Source: Macrostomum lignano
Lineage: Eukaryota
Length of the DNA: 64,000 nucleotides
Direction: 5' to 3'
Assembly: GCA_002269645.1 (NCBI GenBank)
Contig: NIVC01001362.1
Coordinates: 1 to 64,000 of the forward strand
In this document: positions 37,956 to 50,989 of the stretch, in pieces
How positions within the stretch are numbered: the stretch's first letter is position 1
Layout of the letters: every line of letters starts with the position of its first letter
The notes under the pieces: model-generated
The model's database searches: none
What the model was told of the DNA's origin: nothing
What the model saw: only the letters and a program-made list of their open reading frames with translations
Translations under genes and position numbers: made by a program

Positions 37956-38253
37956 ATTTTTATAAAGCTTTTCGGTCAGAAAATTAAGATTAAATGTAAT
38001 TAACTTCTTTTTTACGTAATTGCATATCCTGCCTAAAAAACCATTAGAATTGCACGTCTCGGTTCATTGGTTTTATGAATCTATTTAGCTGACTATTTAA
38101 CAATATGTGTAGCAGCAGAAACGTAGTTTTCCGTCCTTCTAATTGAGTCGTCTTTGATCGAGTTCCTCTCGACCAGTTGTCGACAAATACAGTGGTGTCT
38201 CGAAATTTGGCTTCTGTATTAATTTAATGAGATTAATGAGATTAGTTTCTCAG

Positions 38254-38296
38254 GGGCCTGGAGCAAGCAGAAACAGTTTCTGCTTGCTCCAGGCCC
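38254..38296. repeat. Perfect 21-bp inverted repeat with 1-nt spacer
   Basis: GGGCCTGGAGCAAGCAGAAAC-A-GTTTCTGCTTGCTCCAGGCCC. Confidence 0.95.
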
Positions 38297-40934
38297 TTTC
38301 TATCGCGAGTTTAAGAACTCTAGATATCAAAAAGTACAGCTGTGTTTTTAAGTTTGCTGGTTTATGCGAATTTGCACATGTTTGAAACTGCAGTTGTACA
38401 ACAGATGTTGTATTGAAGCAAACGAAAAGCTGCAGGAAATCTCATTATAACAATGATAACAAATTTTTTTATCAAGTTATACAATTTAAAGAAAGCAGTA
38501 AATTAAAAAACTTTAAATTTGCTTTTCTGTTTTATTTAATTAGAGGAAGTACTACGTAGGCTACGTAGAGAATGCAGATTTTTTGAAAAATCGTTTTGCG
38601 GGAATTTCGTAGAAACGTGCCATATTATAGTTTGGGTGGCAGTTGCTATATTATTATATCTGATAAGTGATAATCATTTTTTCATTTTGGATAATATCGA
38701 CTATCTTGCAAAATTTGCTAAAGCAACAACCAATCTGTAGGGCAAGCCATAGTTGTAAAAATCCAGTTTTCATCTTTGTCTTTATATCGCTTGTTGACTA
38801 GGCTAGGCCTAGAGTCTAGGTAGGCCCTAACCTAACTTGCTAATTATAAATAGGCCTAACTGATTCACTGATTGTTTAAGTTACATTTAATTATGCTGAA
38901 TCCTGGATCTTATGTTGTATGATATCGAAACTAGGCCTATCGGCCAAGTACATTGTTTGACATACATTGTTAGGCCTACTGTAGCCGTGTAGGGCCCAGT
39001 AGGGGGTAGGCCTAAATTATGAAATTAAATCAACACAATGTATTTCAAAACTATATTGCTGGCCTACATGCGCTTGACACATTCTTGAGTGTCAGTGTAA
39101 CTATTAGGGTATAACATTATACATTAACAATTGGATCCTAGCCTAACAATAGTTCTTGGTTCAAGATACTTCAACTAGGATCTAGACTATAGAAAGCTAG
39201 TAAATAGGCCTAGGCCTATTCAAAGCAGCAAAAATACAAAAAATGCTAGCAGTAGGCCTAGCAGACAAAAAAAGCAGCAGATGTAATGCCTGCACACTTT
39301 GTTTTGCATTATTTTAAATAAGTTAGTTGCTAAAACTGGAAATTTATTTCTTTAGGCCTATATATATATAGCTTCTAAGATACTAAGTTATAGATAGTGT
39401 TCCGCCATAGCTGTAGCCCATTTTGTGGATGGTATGGTGTATGCCTAAAAATTCTGGCATATACTTGATTTCCGTGGCATACACCAGCATACATTTCTTA
39501 CCTGTGTACAGTACAGTGTGGCATACAGTGTGGTGTATGGCGACTGGCGTAGAAATTAATATAAAGGATTTTTTCATGCTTTTTTCTGTGTTAAGTTATT
39601 TCAAAAACCATTTTTTCTGCTACTATTTTCTCATTTACCAATCATTTTAATTACCGGAATTGTCACGACAATTGTCATATTGTTATAAATTTTTATAGTT
39701 TAAATTTAAATTAAAATATTTGTTTATTTTTTTACTGTTTTTTATGTTGGCATACATTTAAAATCTGTTGGCGTACAATTGAAAATTCAATAAAAATGTG
39801 TCCGGCGTACACAGAAAACCTTCTGCAATATGGGTTGTAGCTATGGCTATGGTGCCTATGGCACCTAAGTAAAATAGGTGCCTATGGCAGCTATGGATAC
39901 GCCTACGATAGCTAGCTGCTCTTATGGCTACGACTACGGAAATATAGTAGTTGTTGTCACATTCTGTAGATTCCCATAACCATAGTTATTAATGTTAAAA
40001 ATTAACAAAATATTAGAAACAGGTAAAGTAAAACAAAGATACTTTTAGTAAACTGTATTATCAACTTAGAAACATGTAAAATATACCTAAAAAGTACATT
40101 AAAACACTAGCAAATTCTAATTTTTATTAATGTGAAAAAGTTCAGCATTAGTACTTTCAATAACAATTAAGTATTGTTGCTTTGAAAAAAAGACGAAATA
40201 TAATCTTACAAAGGCAATCAAGTATTTCTTTTATTTTCTAACTTAATTTGCAGTTGTTTAAGCACCAGGTTATCTTCTTGATTCAAAATATTTTGTTTTC
40301 TAGACCTTTTGTTAAAACTATGGCTATAGCTATGGGAACTATGGGAATATAGTAATATTGGGGTCCCTACGGCTACAGAATATGGAGAATTAGAATAAGC
40401 CATAGTTTTGCTTACGGCTACAGCTATGGTACATGGACCCTCCTTACAGTGGAACACTAGTTATAAATATACTATTATTTTGCTTTATTTATATAGAATA
40501 GGTCAATGGGCTCAATATCATAATGGGTTATACCAAATTTGTCAATAGTTAAAACAAGCTAAGCAAATTCATTTACAACAAGACAAGACTTATTTAAAGT
40601 TATTTCTTAATGCAATAATGTAACTTTTTGTAATTCAATAATTAAACTATTGCTAAAGACTTTAACATGATTTCATGAATGTATAATTCTAGATGCTACT
40701 GTATATTATATGACTCAAAATTGAACAAATTGGGCAATCAATACTATGTATACTACACTCCAGATCATGTAGTATATGCCCAAAAATTTGGGCGTGCATT
40801 GGCCTTGCATGCCAAAATTAGGCATGCAGAGTTGGCATGCATCACTCCCAAGAAAATAGTATATGTGCACACCTGGCATACACTTTATAAAATCACGCGT
40901 AAGAGTTATTGTAAAATAGAAAAAATAAAATCTT

Positions 40935-43910
40935 CATTTTAAGTGTAAATTTCAAGCTTTCCAGTTTTTTTAAGCTTGTAAAAATATTTAAACTAATATT
41001 TGTGTGTATCAATTTTCTGCTATAAATGAAATTGCCAAAAAAGCATAAAAATTAACCAAATTAGTTGCTAATAAGGGTCTATTATGCAGTTTAAAACAAT
41101 CATTTATTGTTGCAATGTAAAAAAGGTCATGGGCATATTTTTGAGAATGGGCATGCAAAAAATTTTTTTGGCATGCATTTGTTATTATTCAATTTTTGTT
41201 TGGGCGTGCACCCATCATGATCTAGACTATGGTATGTATATAATACCATATTGTACAAAGGCCTAGTTAAGTTTCCTAATGCAAGTATATCAAGAGTTAG
41301 TCTATCGGGGTATATTAGTTTTTTTGCTGCATAGGCCTATGCTTTATTATACTTTATTGCATCTTCGACTGAAGCAGGTCATTTTAATTCAAATTTAATT
41401 TCAATTTTTGTTTATCTCCTTAACCATTAACAAGGTTTTGTTGGAGTTTGACTTTAAGTTTCAAAATGTATACAAAAATAGTTCCAGTAAATTTATTTGC
41501 GGGTTAAAAATCTATGGGTTTTAACAGCTTATAAAAAATAAAAATAAAATAATAACTATTCACCTTTATAATTGTATATGTATCTAGTATATTATCAGGT
41601 AACCAAATTTGTCAATAATGCATAGTAAGATAAACCATGAAATTAGATGTTGACAAATTTGGTGGCACTTATTATAACAGTCTATGGCCTATGGGCTTCT
41701 ATATTTATAATATATTGGATAAAACAGGCATTTCTAGCAGTTTTTGAAGCCTTCTATGAAATAAAGTAATTGAAGTATTATATAATGGTACTATAGCAAT
41801 GTGGCTAAAACTTAAATTTAGGTTGCTCTAAATTATTCAAAGGTCTTTTTATACCTCTGCATACATGGCTCCCTATTGCAGCCAATGGCCATTTTCGTGG
41901 ACGGCGTCCGGCGCGGATTTTGGCCTGGCGGCGGCGCGGCGGCGGCGCGGCGCGTGGCGGTGGCACGCGGTGGCGTGGCGTGTGGCGGCGGCGCGCGGCG
42001 GCGTGGCGCGGGGGCATGGGAGAGGGGTGTGGGGGCACACGTGAGGAGGGGCACAGAGGGTTATATTGAAGCAAATCACTGATCCTGGGGACTGGCCCTG
42101 GCGCGGTACGAGTAGATGTCTGGCGCAGGAAAGGGGGGCGTCCGGCGCGGTTCAGACCTTGGCTGCAATAGGGACATGGCTTTTAGAAATTCTATAGTTT
42201 TATCCAAGTTTTATCTTTTCTGTTTCACCCAATATACTATCTTTGTCTTATTTATATATAGGGATGCTTATATTAATAGAATAGGCCTAAAATTTAAAAA
42301 GTATTGTGTTTATCTAATATCAATAATAAAAAATCCTATCAAATGATAGCAAAAATATTGAAAATATTGGTATCCTATATATATAAGTACACAATAATAA
42401 AACACAAGTTTTCTAACAAAGCTAGGCCTATAACATGATAAATTTTATTTTATTTTATTTAAACTATATTTTATTAACTTTTAAATACAAAATAGCAAAG
42501 TATATTAATTAGTTTATTTACTAAAATGCTTATTAGAAATATAGTTTGAAAAGCTAATTTGAATGCTAGTTTTATTTGTATTTGTCTTTTTTGTTAGCTT
42601 TCTTATTGGATTTACTATTTGTAATTTTCAACTAAATCATTTTTGGCCTTAACCTATTTGACCTACCCTGAATTATCATTTTATAGAAAAGAAAAGAAAG
42701 AGAATATCAAAATTTATTTAAGCAAAATATTGCTGCACATTTATACGTGTATAATTGCTTATAAAAATTGAAATATAAAAAAAATATTTATTTAAAAATT
42801 GAAATATATACAGAATGAAAAAGTTGCTGTAGTTTCTGTAGTTGCTATATATTTAGTTCTAAAGTAGGAACTACTTTTAGATCTCTAGGCTCTTGGTCCA
42901 TTTAAAAATCAGCATATATTTGAATGACTATTTGCCTTTTAAAGGTAATTTGTGTTTTAATTTAATAAAATTGATAAACAAATATATAGATTCCTATAGA
43001 ATATTTATATCTATTATTATAACTTATGAGTATATTAGCTTATATTTTGCTCTACCTTGTCCCAAAAAGGCTTTTAATCAGTCAGTTTAATTGAAGTACA
43101 TTTACTATGACTATGTAAAAAAGTGTTTATAACTCAAAAATAAAATAAAATGTAGGCATTGAAATAGGAGCATAAATGTTGATATTACTAATATAAACAA
43201 AATAAATGACAATATACATCAATATTATGGATCTATAGATAAAATTAGCAAGAAATGCATTAGTTACAAGTTTTACAACAATTCTATAGTTTTCCAACTG
43301 ATTTCAACAGTTATTAAAAGCAAGGAGGCTCTGTAAATTTCATTGTCATGACTATAAAAAATATTTAGAAGCTTGATTTGTGTTGTAGCTTTTCAATTTT
43401 TTGGCTACCTTTTTTGTATGCCATACTTGTAATAGGTGAAAAGGAAGGACCAATAGGATTGAGTTGGAGAAGATGGTTGTCAACCTTAATTTTCATACTG
43501 GGCAATTTGTCAATCCCTGCAGCTTCTAATCTTCTTCCCTTAGTTTGACTTTGGTAATATTTTGAACTTGTTCAATAGCAAAAGTGACAAAATTTTCAAT
43601 TGAGTTGTTAGAAGTGAGAAACCATAGTCTGGATCATGCTGGGTCTATGCCCAAACAAAATTGAATAATTAGAAATGCATGCTAAAAAATGGAGTGCATG
43701 CCTTATTCTCAAAACTACGCTGGTGTTGCAACAATAAATGACCTTTTATAAATTGCATAATGGACTGTTTTTGGCAGATAATTTGGTTAATTTTTCTGCT
43801 TATTCCACAATACTATTCACAATGGAAAATCGATACACAAAAAAATTGTTTCAATGCTTTATTGCAAGCTTATAAAACCTAGAAAACTTGAAATGCTTAA
43901 AAATGCTTAC
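40935..43910. repeat. Pair of diverged ~240-bp inverted arms (40935-41180 and 43672-43910)
   Basis: Shared motifs in opposite orientation, e.g. AAAAATTAACCAAATT, TCATTTATTGTTGCAA, TTTTGAGAAT..GGCATGCA. Confidence 0.6.
41871..42173. mobile_element. GC-rich MITE, 303 bp, 15-bp perfect TIR, 8-bp TSD
   Basis: TIR CCCTATTGCAGCCAA (41871-41885) / TTGGCTGCAATAGGG (42159-42173); TSD ACATGGCT at 41863-41870 and 42174-42181. Confidence 0.85.
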
Positions 43911-44356
43911 AAGCGTGTATAGCTATTCTCACTGATCATTGCTCTATCTGCTTCATTTACCAAATATTCTCTTCATCATTAAACTGTTACAGACTGTCTA
44001 AAATTGTGCTAACAGATAGCAAATAGTTTAAGCTTTTATTTAAGTCATCACATTTAAACTAATCTTTTAAACAATCATATAAAACTATAAAAGACCCTAT
44101 TATCTTAATTGGAAGACAAATTTTGATTTTTGTAACTAGGCATGTTGAAAATGTTTTTACCTGTGCTTAATTCTTGAATCTTAATCCCAATCATAAAAGA
44201 CAAGTCTTTAGCATAAATAATGTTTCTACATTTTGTCATAAGTCATTCTAGTCATTTTAGTTGTCTTATTTTTAATAGAAAACAGTCAGTACTTTACAAA
44301 CTTGTCTGCTTTCTACTCTAGTATTTTCTAACTTGCACTTTGTTGAATTTTTTCAG

Positions 44357-44606
44357 GAGGCGCAAAATAATCAAGTAGATTTTGCTGATCTACTAGACTC
44401 CAATGCCTCCAAAGGGTCCATTGCTGTAGCCTGCCTTAATTCAGAATCGGCTGCTTATCCAATTGACCTGCTGCTCCAGTTGAAAAATCGGATTGCTTAT
44501 TTGGCTCTGGTTGATGGAGCCTGCAATCTGTTCTATGATAATCAGATGCTATGCAAAGAATTTGAGCCTCAGTTGGTTACTGGAGACTTTGATTCAGTTA
44601 GGCCTG
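44357..44606 (+). CDS. TPK1: Thiamine pyrophosphokinase, first coding exon (no ATG inside)
   Basis: Acceptor AATTTTTTCAG|GAG GCG; ...IAVACLN...VDGACNLFYD...LVTGDFDSVRP (TPK DGGAN and GDFDS motifs); donor G|GTGAGG phase 1. Confidence 0.85.
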
Positions 44607-44699
44607 GTGAGGGTTTGGTTGGCTTTTCTTGACTAATTCTAACTATCCAAAGGTCTGGTAGGAATAGGATTAAGCTGCATATTGAAAATTTATAATTTA

Positions 44700-45550
44700 A
44701 TTAGAAACATACCCTGAAGTTCCTGAAAATTTGACTGAAAAGGTGACTGGTTACTTGAAGCTTTGATTGAGGTGACTGAAATCCCTGAAAATTTGACTGA
44801 AAGAATACCTGAACTACCTGAAGATTGAGTAGGAAAATACCTGAACTTCCCAGAGATTTAACTGTGAAAATTCTTTGAACTGCCTGATGAACTGACTATG
44901 AAAATGCCTGATCCAACTGCAAATTTGACTTTGAAAATACCTAAACTACCTAAAGATTTGATTATAAAATACCTAATAAGCTACCTAAAGATTTTATTGT
45001 GAAAATACCTGAACTACCTGAAGATTTGATTGTGAAAATACCTGAACTACCTAAAGATTTTATTATGAAAATACCTAAACTACCTAAAGATTTGATTATA
45101 AAATACCTAATAAGCTACCTAAAGATTTTATTGTGAAAATACCTGAACTACCTGAAGATTTGATTGTGAAAATACCTGAACTACCTAAAGATTTTATTAT
45201 GAAAATACCTAAACTACCTAAAGATTTGATTATAAAATACCTAATAAGCTACCTAAAGATTTTATTGTGAAAATACCTGAACTACCTGAAGATTTGATTG
45301 TGAAAATACCTGAACTACCTAAAGATTTTATTATGAAAATACCTAAACTACCTAAAGATTTGATTATAAAAATACCTAATAAGCTACCTGAAGATTTTAT
45401 TATGAAAATACCTGAAATACCTAAAGATTTGATTATGAAATCGCCTGAACTACCCGAAGATTTGAATGTGAAAATACCTGAACTACTTAAATATTTGATT
45501 ATGAAATTACCTGAACTGCCCGAAGAGTTGACCACAAAATACCTGAAGTT
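44700..45550. repeat. Intronic minisatellite, ~33-bp unit AAAATACCTGAACTACCTGAAGATTTGATTGTG
   Basis: Fills the TPK1 intron; explains the KIPELPEDL ORF. Confidence 0.9.
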
Positions 45551-45572
45551 ATTTCAATCGCGTCACCCGCAG

Positions 45573-46087
45573 AAGTGCTGCAGTATTATAAAGACCTACC
45601 CAGCACAGAAGTGATCCCAACGCCAGATCAGGACAGAACAGACTTTGACAAGTGTCTCTCCTGTCTCCTGGATTCTCAACGTTTGAATTTAAACAAAGAA
45701 ATTGCCTGCATATTGGTGCTTGGCGGCCTAGGCGGCAGGGTAGATCACACGTTCGGCAATTTGCACACACTTGTGAAATGGTCTAGCCAGTGCAAGCCTA
45801 GGATCTACTTTGCTACTCAGCATGATCTGTGGGTATGCCTGCCGCCGTGTCAAGAGTCTGTTGAGTGCCGCCTGTTGCGGCCGAGGCAGGGCAAATACGC
45901 CGGTCTGATCCCGTTAGATCAGCCTTGTCTGAACGTTCACACTAGCGGGTTGAAATGGAATCTTACTGGCGACACTCTCAGCTTCACTGGTTTAGTATCA
46001 ACGTCTAACGAAGCTGTTGACGAGTTAATAATAGCTAGATGGAGTGGCGGTCACCTGTTGATTACGGTTACTTATGAGTTGACCTAG
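45573..46087 (+). CDS. TPK1: Thiamine pyrophosphokinase, last exon
   Basis: Acceptor CCCGCAG|; E-VLQYY..TPDQDRTDFDKC..LGGLGGRVDHTFGN..LIPL..TSGLKWNL..LVSTSNE are canonical TPK motifs; stop TAG. Confidence 0.93.
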
Positions 46088-46339
46088 TTTTAGTTATTGT
46101 TTATTACAATTTACAGAGGAAGATATGTTTTGGAAACAAATATATATGTTGCGAACATATAGTTGGATAGAAAGTCGGTAGAATAAGACTTGTTCTTTAG
46201 CCCATACCGTTGATCTGCACTTTCAACACAAAAATATTTTTCACTTCTCACAAGTTCCTCGTTAATTTTGCTGATGTCTTGCATATTTGCTGTGGTTAGT
46301 TTTTTTAGAATACTTATACTTTTACTTAGTCTTAGACAT

Positions 46340-46915
46340 ATAACAGGAATACCCCTGGATACAGACTCTGGAATACCCCTGGATACAGACTCTAGAATAC
46401 CCCTGGTTACAGACTCTAGAATACCCCTGGTTACAGACTCTAGAATACCCCTAATTACAGAGTCTTGAATACCCCTAATTACAGAGTCTGGAATACTCCT
46501 AGTTACAGACTCTGGAATACCCCTGGTTACAGACTCTGGAATACCCCTGGTTACAGAGTCTGGAATACCCCTAATTACAGAGTCTTGAATACCCCTAATT
46601 ACAGAGTCTGGAATACTCCTAGTTACAGACTCTGGAATACCCCTGGTTACAGACTCTGGAATACCCCTGGTTACAGAGTCTGGAATACCCCTAATTACAG
46701 ACTCTGGAATACCCCTGGTTACAGAGTCTGGAATACCCCTAATTACAGACTCTGGAATACCCCTAGTTACAGAGTCTGGAATACCCCTAATTACAGACTC
46801 TGGAATACCCCTAGTTACAGACTCTGGAATACCCCTGGTTACAGACTCTGGAATACCCCTGGTTACAGAGTCTGGAATACCCCTAATTACAGACTCTGGA
46901 ATACTCCTGGTTACC
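46340..46915. repeat. Minisatellite, 24-bp unit GGAATACCCCTGGTTACAGACTCT
   Basis: Direct reading; explains NTPGYRLW ORF. Confidence 0.95.
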
Positions 46916-47519
46916 CTAGTTAGAGTTTTTTTTAGAGATTTTTAACCTTTGCAAAAAACTTAAAAAAATATTTTTAAGTTATTCAGTGTTTAAAAACCAG
47001 TTAGAAATTTTAACAGTCTTTAGATTTTTGACTAACTCATGGAATAGTTTTTTGCGAGTATATGTTTTACTTCTATTTGCACCAGTTGCCACTCTAAGTA
47101 GTGTAGTTGAGATTTGCGTTTAGAAATTCGATATTACTTTTATTCGCAATCAGCTCTAGATTATCGTCTCTATCGATGTCTTACTTTGATATGGATTATT
47201 TTCCACGTTGTCGCTCAGCTAATTGTAGGAACATGACAAAATATGCGTTATTTTGTTAGTTATTTTTTCCACATTTTGTTTCTATATTTTAGTAGTCTTT
47301 GATTCCTTTTTAAAGGCGTTGTCTTTGAATTTCGCAATTTCGCTAACTTTTATAATATCAATGTGAAGCATTCAATATAGTAGTATCCTTTTAATTACAA
47401 GCTATAGTATTATTTGTTCTGTATTTGTACCGGTACAGAAGTGCGGTGAACCTACATGTACAGTAAAACATTTTTTATGCTTTTTACATTTAGACCGAGT
47501 TTTTACGCAAATGTTAGCA

Positions 47520-47735
47520 GATACAGATAGATACAAGCATGAATACATAGATAGACATAACACACAGACAGACAGAAACACACAGGCAGACAGAAACACG
47601 CAGACAGGCAGACAGACAGACAGACAAACAGAAACACACAGGCAGACAGAAACACGCAGACAGACAGACAGACAGACAGAAAGACAGACACAGACAGAGA
47701 GACAGACAGACAAACAGACAGACAAAAAGACAGAC

Positions 47736-47834
<99 letters not shown>

Positions 47835-47873
47835 AAGACAGACAGACACAGACAGACAGACAGAAAGACAGAC

Positions 47874-47944
<71 letters not shown>

Positions 47945-48017
47945 AAGACAGACACAGACAGACAGACAGACAGACAGACACAGACAGACAGACAGACAGA
48001 CAGACAGAAAGACAGAC

Positions 48018-48086
<69 letters not shown>

Positions 48087-48190
48087 AAGACAGACAGACA
48101 GACAGACAGACAGAAAGACAGACACAGACAGACAGACAGACAGACACAGACAAACAGACAGACGGACACAGACGGACAGACAGACAGACT
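47520..48190. repeat. (GACA)n microsatellite
   Basis: Direct reading. Confidence 0.97.
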
Positions 48191-48284
48191 CACTCTCCGC
48201 CCCGCTCTCCCGCAGCTCCTGCAGGCCAGCACTCGCTAAGCACAGGAATCCAACAGAAAGCCTCATCAGCAGCCTCAGCCGGCC

Positions 48285-49670
48285 ATGTCCCGCCAAACGA
48301 TGCCGCCTCCCACCGGCTCCCTGCCGCTGCTCACCGCCTACGATGATGACGAAGAAGAGGATGAAGAAACTCAAGCGGAGGCTGCAGCAGCAGAATCTCC
48401 ACAGGCTACTGCCAGTAGTGATGACAACAATTTCAACGATGATGCAATGGGAGAAGGTGAGGTCGGACCCGAACAGCGGGTGGGAAATTCTCCCTCAGCT
48501 GTCATCAAAGAAGCAGCGGACGAAGACGACGCTCAGATCTGGAGCGGGCCGCAGCCAAAACGGCAGCGCTCCAGCAGCAGCGGCCGCGGAGACGGCGGCG
48601 CCGGCGGGATGACCTTCGACATCTCCGACGATGAGGGCGGCGGAGCTCACAACGATGATGAAGAAGGCGACAGCAGCCAAGATGCTGATGCTGCTCCTCC
48701 GCTTTCGGCTCCATCAGTCAAATCGGATTTGAAAAGTTCTCAAGACCAGCCGCGATTAGCTAAAGTGAGCAGTTTGGTCAACTACGGCTTGGGGCCGAAT
48801 GAGAGCGACTCGGAGAAGGAGGAAAATGATGAAGGTGGCAGTGATGCCGATCGGGATGCTTCTGATGATGAGGCTGAGGCGCCAGTCGATGCAGAGGATG
48901 CCGAGGTTGCTAATGACAATCCCGACGCAAAACAGACTGGCTTGTCGACTCCGCCGGAGACATCCACAGCCGCTGAAGTCGGAGTTGCCGACAGGAAAAT
49001 TTCCGACAATGTTGACGTTGACGACATGGCCCGAGCCAATGCCAGGGCTAAAGCCGACGAGCTGCTGCAGTCGCTTGACGCTTCTTCCTCATCGTCGGCA
49101 ACTCCGCTCGTGCAGTCCTCGCCGCTGAGTCTGCCTCCGCCGCCGAAGGAGCCGCCAAATCGTGAGGTGCAGGAGAAGGTGAACAAGCTGCTGCAGATGA
49201 AGCGTCAGGGCGTCGGTATCAGCATGATGAACCGCATCACAAACAATAAGAAGTATAGAAATCCGTGCATGTACGAGAAGTTTATTATCTACCAGGGTAT
49301 TGACGATAAAGGCACCAACTTCCATCCCAGCGTGTTCGATCCCTACATCTGGGACAAGCACAGCTATTACGATGCGCTGCTTCAAGCGCAGGTGGAAGCG
49401 GAATCCAAGCGGGTACGGGCGACAGGCAATCGGGATCAGCAGCAGCAGCAGCAGCAGCAGCCTCCGCCATTGATGCAGATGGCTTCCAGGCGGCCCGCAG
49501 CTGCCGCTGGTGACGCGGCTTCGGTGGCAGCCGCGATGCTGGCCAGACGGTCCAGCAAGTGGGACAGCGGTGGGGGCGGAGGTGGAAGCGCACCCACTGG
49601 AGCCGCCGGGGCAGCTGCGAATCCTTCATCGTCCACTGGTGTGGGAGCATTTATTCGTAGGAAGCCTTGA
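48285..49670 (+). CDS. SAP30BP: SAP30-binding protein (HCNGP family), single exon
   Basis: Acidic N-terminus, then PPPP.EPP..EVQEKVNKLL...KKYRNPCMYEKFI...IDDKGTNFHPSVFDP..WDKHSYYDAL (HCNGP domain) and C-terminal RRSSKWD. Confidence 0.9.
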   Translation: MSRQTMPPPTGSLPLLTAYDDDEEEDEETQAEAAAAESPQATASSDDNNFNDDAMGEGEVGPEQRVGNSPSAVIKEAADEDDAQIWSGPQPKRQRSSSSGRGDGGAGGMTFDISDDEGGGAHNDDEEGDSSQDADAAPPLSAPSVKSDLKSSQDQPRLAKVSSLVNYGLGPNESDSEKEENDEGGSDADRDASDDEAEAPVDAEDAEVANDNPDAKQTGLSTPPETSTAAEVGVADRKISDNVDVDDMARANARAKADELLQSLDASSSSSATPLVQSSPLSLPPPPKEPPNREVQEKVNKLLQMKRQGVGISMMNRITNNKKYRNPCMYEKFIIYQGIDDKGTNFHPSVFDPYIWDKHSYYDALLQAQVEAESKRVRATGNRDQQQQQQQQPPPLMQMASRRPAAAAGDAASVAAAMLARRSSKWDSGGGGGGSAPTGAAGAAANPSSSTGVGAFIRRKP

Positions 49671-49829
49671 ACTTGTCAAAGGGCTTGTTGACAGCTCTAT
49701 TTGTATTGATATCGTTATCAGATTAAAGTGCATTAATGCTTTCACTTTTTTGCTGGGGGATACCCGAGTCCTGATTTAAAATCTTTGTCTCTGAAATAAT
49801 ATTCAAATCCTAAGCCATCGGTTTTATTT

Positions 49830-50570
49830 GTATTTATTTATATCCGAATCCCATCCTACAGACAGGGGATATTCATATCCGAATCCCATCCTACAGATAG
49901 GTGATATTCAGATCCCATTCCCATCCTACAGACAGGGGATATTCAGATCCCATTCCCATCCTACAGACAGGGGATATTCAGATCCCCATCCCATCCTACA
50001 GACAGGGGATATTCAGATCCCATTCCCATCCTACAGACAGGGGATATTCAGATCCCATTCCCATCCTACAGACAGGGGATATTCAGATCCCCATCCCATC
50101 CTACAGACAGGGGATATTCAGATCCCCATCCCATCCTACAGACAGGGGATATTCAGATCCCCATCCCATCCTACAGACAGGGGATATTCAGATCCCATTC
50201 CCATCCTACAGACAGGGGATATTCAGATCCCCATCCCATCCTACAGACAGGGGATATTCAGATCCCATTCCCATCCTACAGACAGGGGATATTCAGATCC
50301 CATTCCCATCCTACAGACAGGGGATATTCAGATCCCATTCCCATCCTACAGACAGGGGATATTCAGATCCCAATCCCATCCTACAGACAGGGGATATTCA
50401 GATCCCAATCCCATCCTACAGATAGGTAATATTTATCCCATCCTACAGACAGGGAATATTTATCCCAATCCCATCCTACAGACAGGGGATATTCAGATCC
50501 CAATCCCATCCTACAGACAGGGGATATTCAGATCCCAATCCCATCCTACACAAGGGATATTTATCCCATT
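49830..50570. repeat. Minisatellite, ~35-bp unit ATCCCATTCCCATCCTACAGACAGGGGATATTCAG
   Basis: Direct reading; same family as 51800-52725. Confidence 0.95.
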
Positions 50571-50989
50571 CCCATATGTTTCTTCCTTATGAAAATGATG
50601 TGCAAATATTAAGGCTTTTCTCAAATTTTCAGTAGTAAGTAGTTCAAATGTTTGTAAGCTTTCTGACGATGTACATTTGACTGCTTTTATACTAATGGCC
50701 TGTTGTTAGTAATAAATATTCCTAAGTACTTGTTATCCTCGTAAATAAAAATATCCCATGTCTAAATACCATTGTGTGCTAAATAAACAATTAAAACTTT
50801 GTCCGCTTAAGTGTTTATTGAGGTTTGCGTTTAGTGCTGAAATTTGCAATGCTTTTCCATGCCTTTCCATGTCAGTTGTCTCATGCTTCTAATGATAGTT
50901 AATTAGATATTAGCGGTGATCAGAATGGTTATTCCATTTACACGATTACTAATCATATATAATTAATATTTGATTAAACCTGTCTTAAT

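Noticed and set aside
45230-46923. KIPELPEDL and NTPGYRLW repeat ORFs
   Set aside because: Intronic and 3' minisatellites of TPK1; no splice or start context.
47402-48374. VCLS / TDRQ repeat ORFs
   Set aside because: Translations of the (GACA)n microsatellite.
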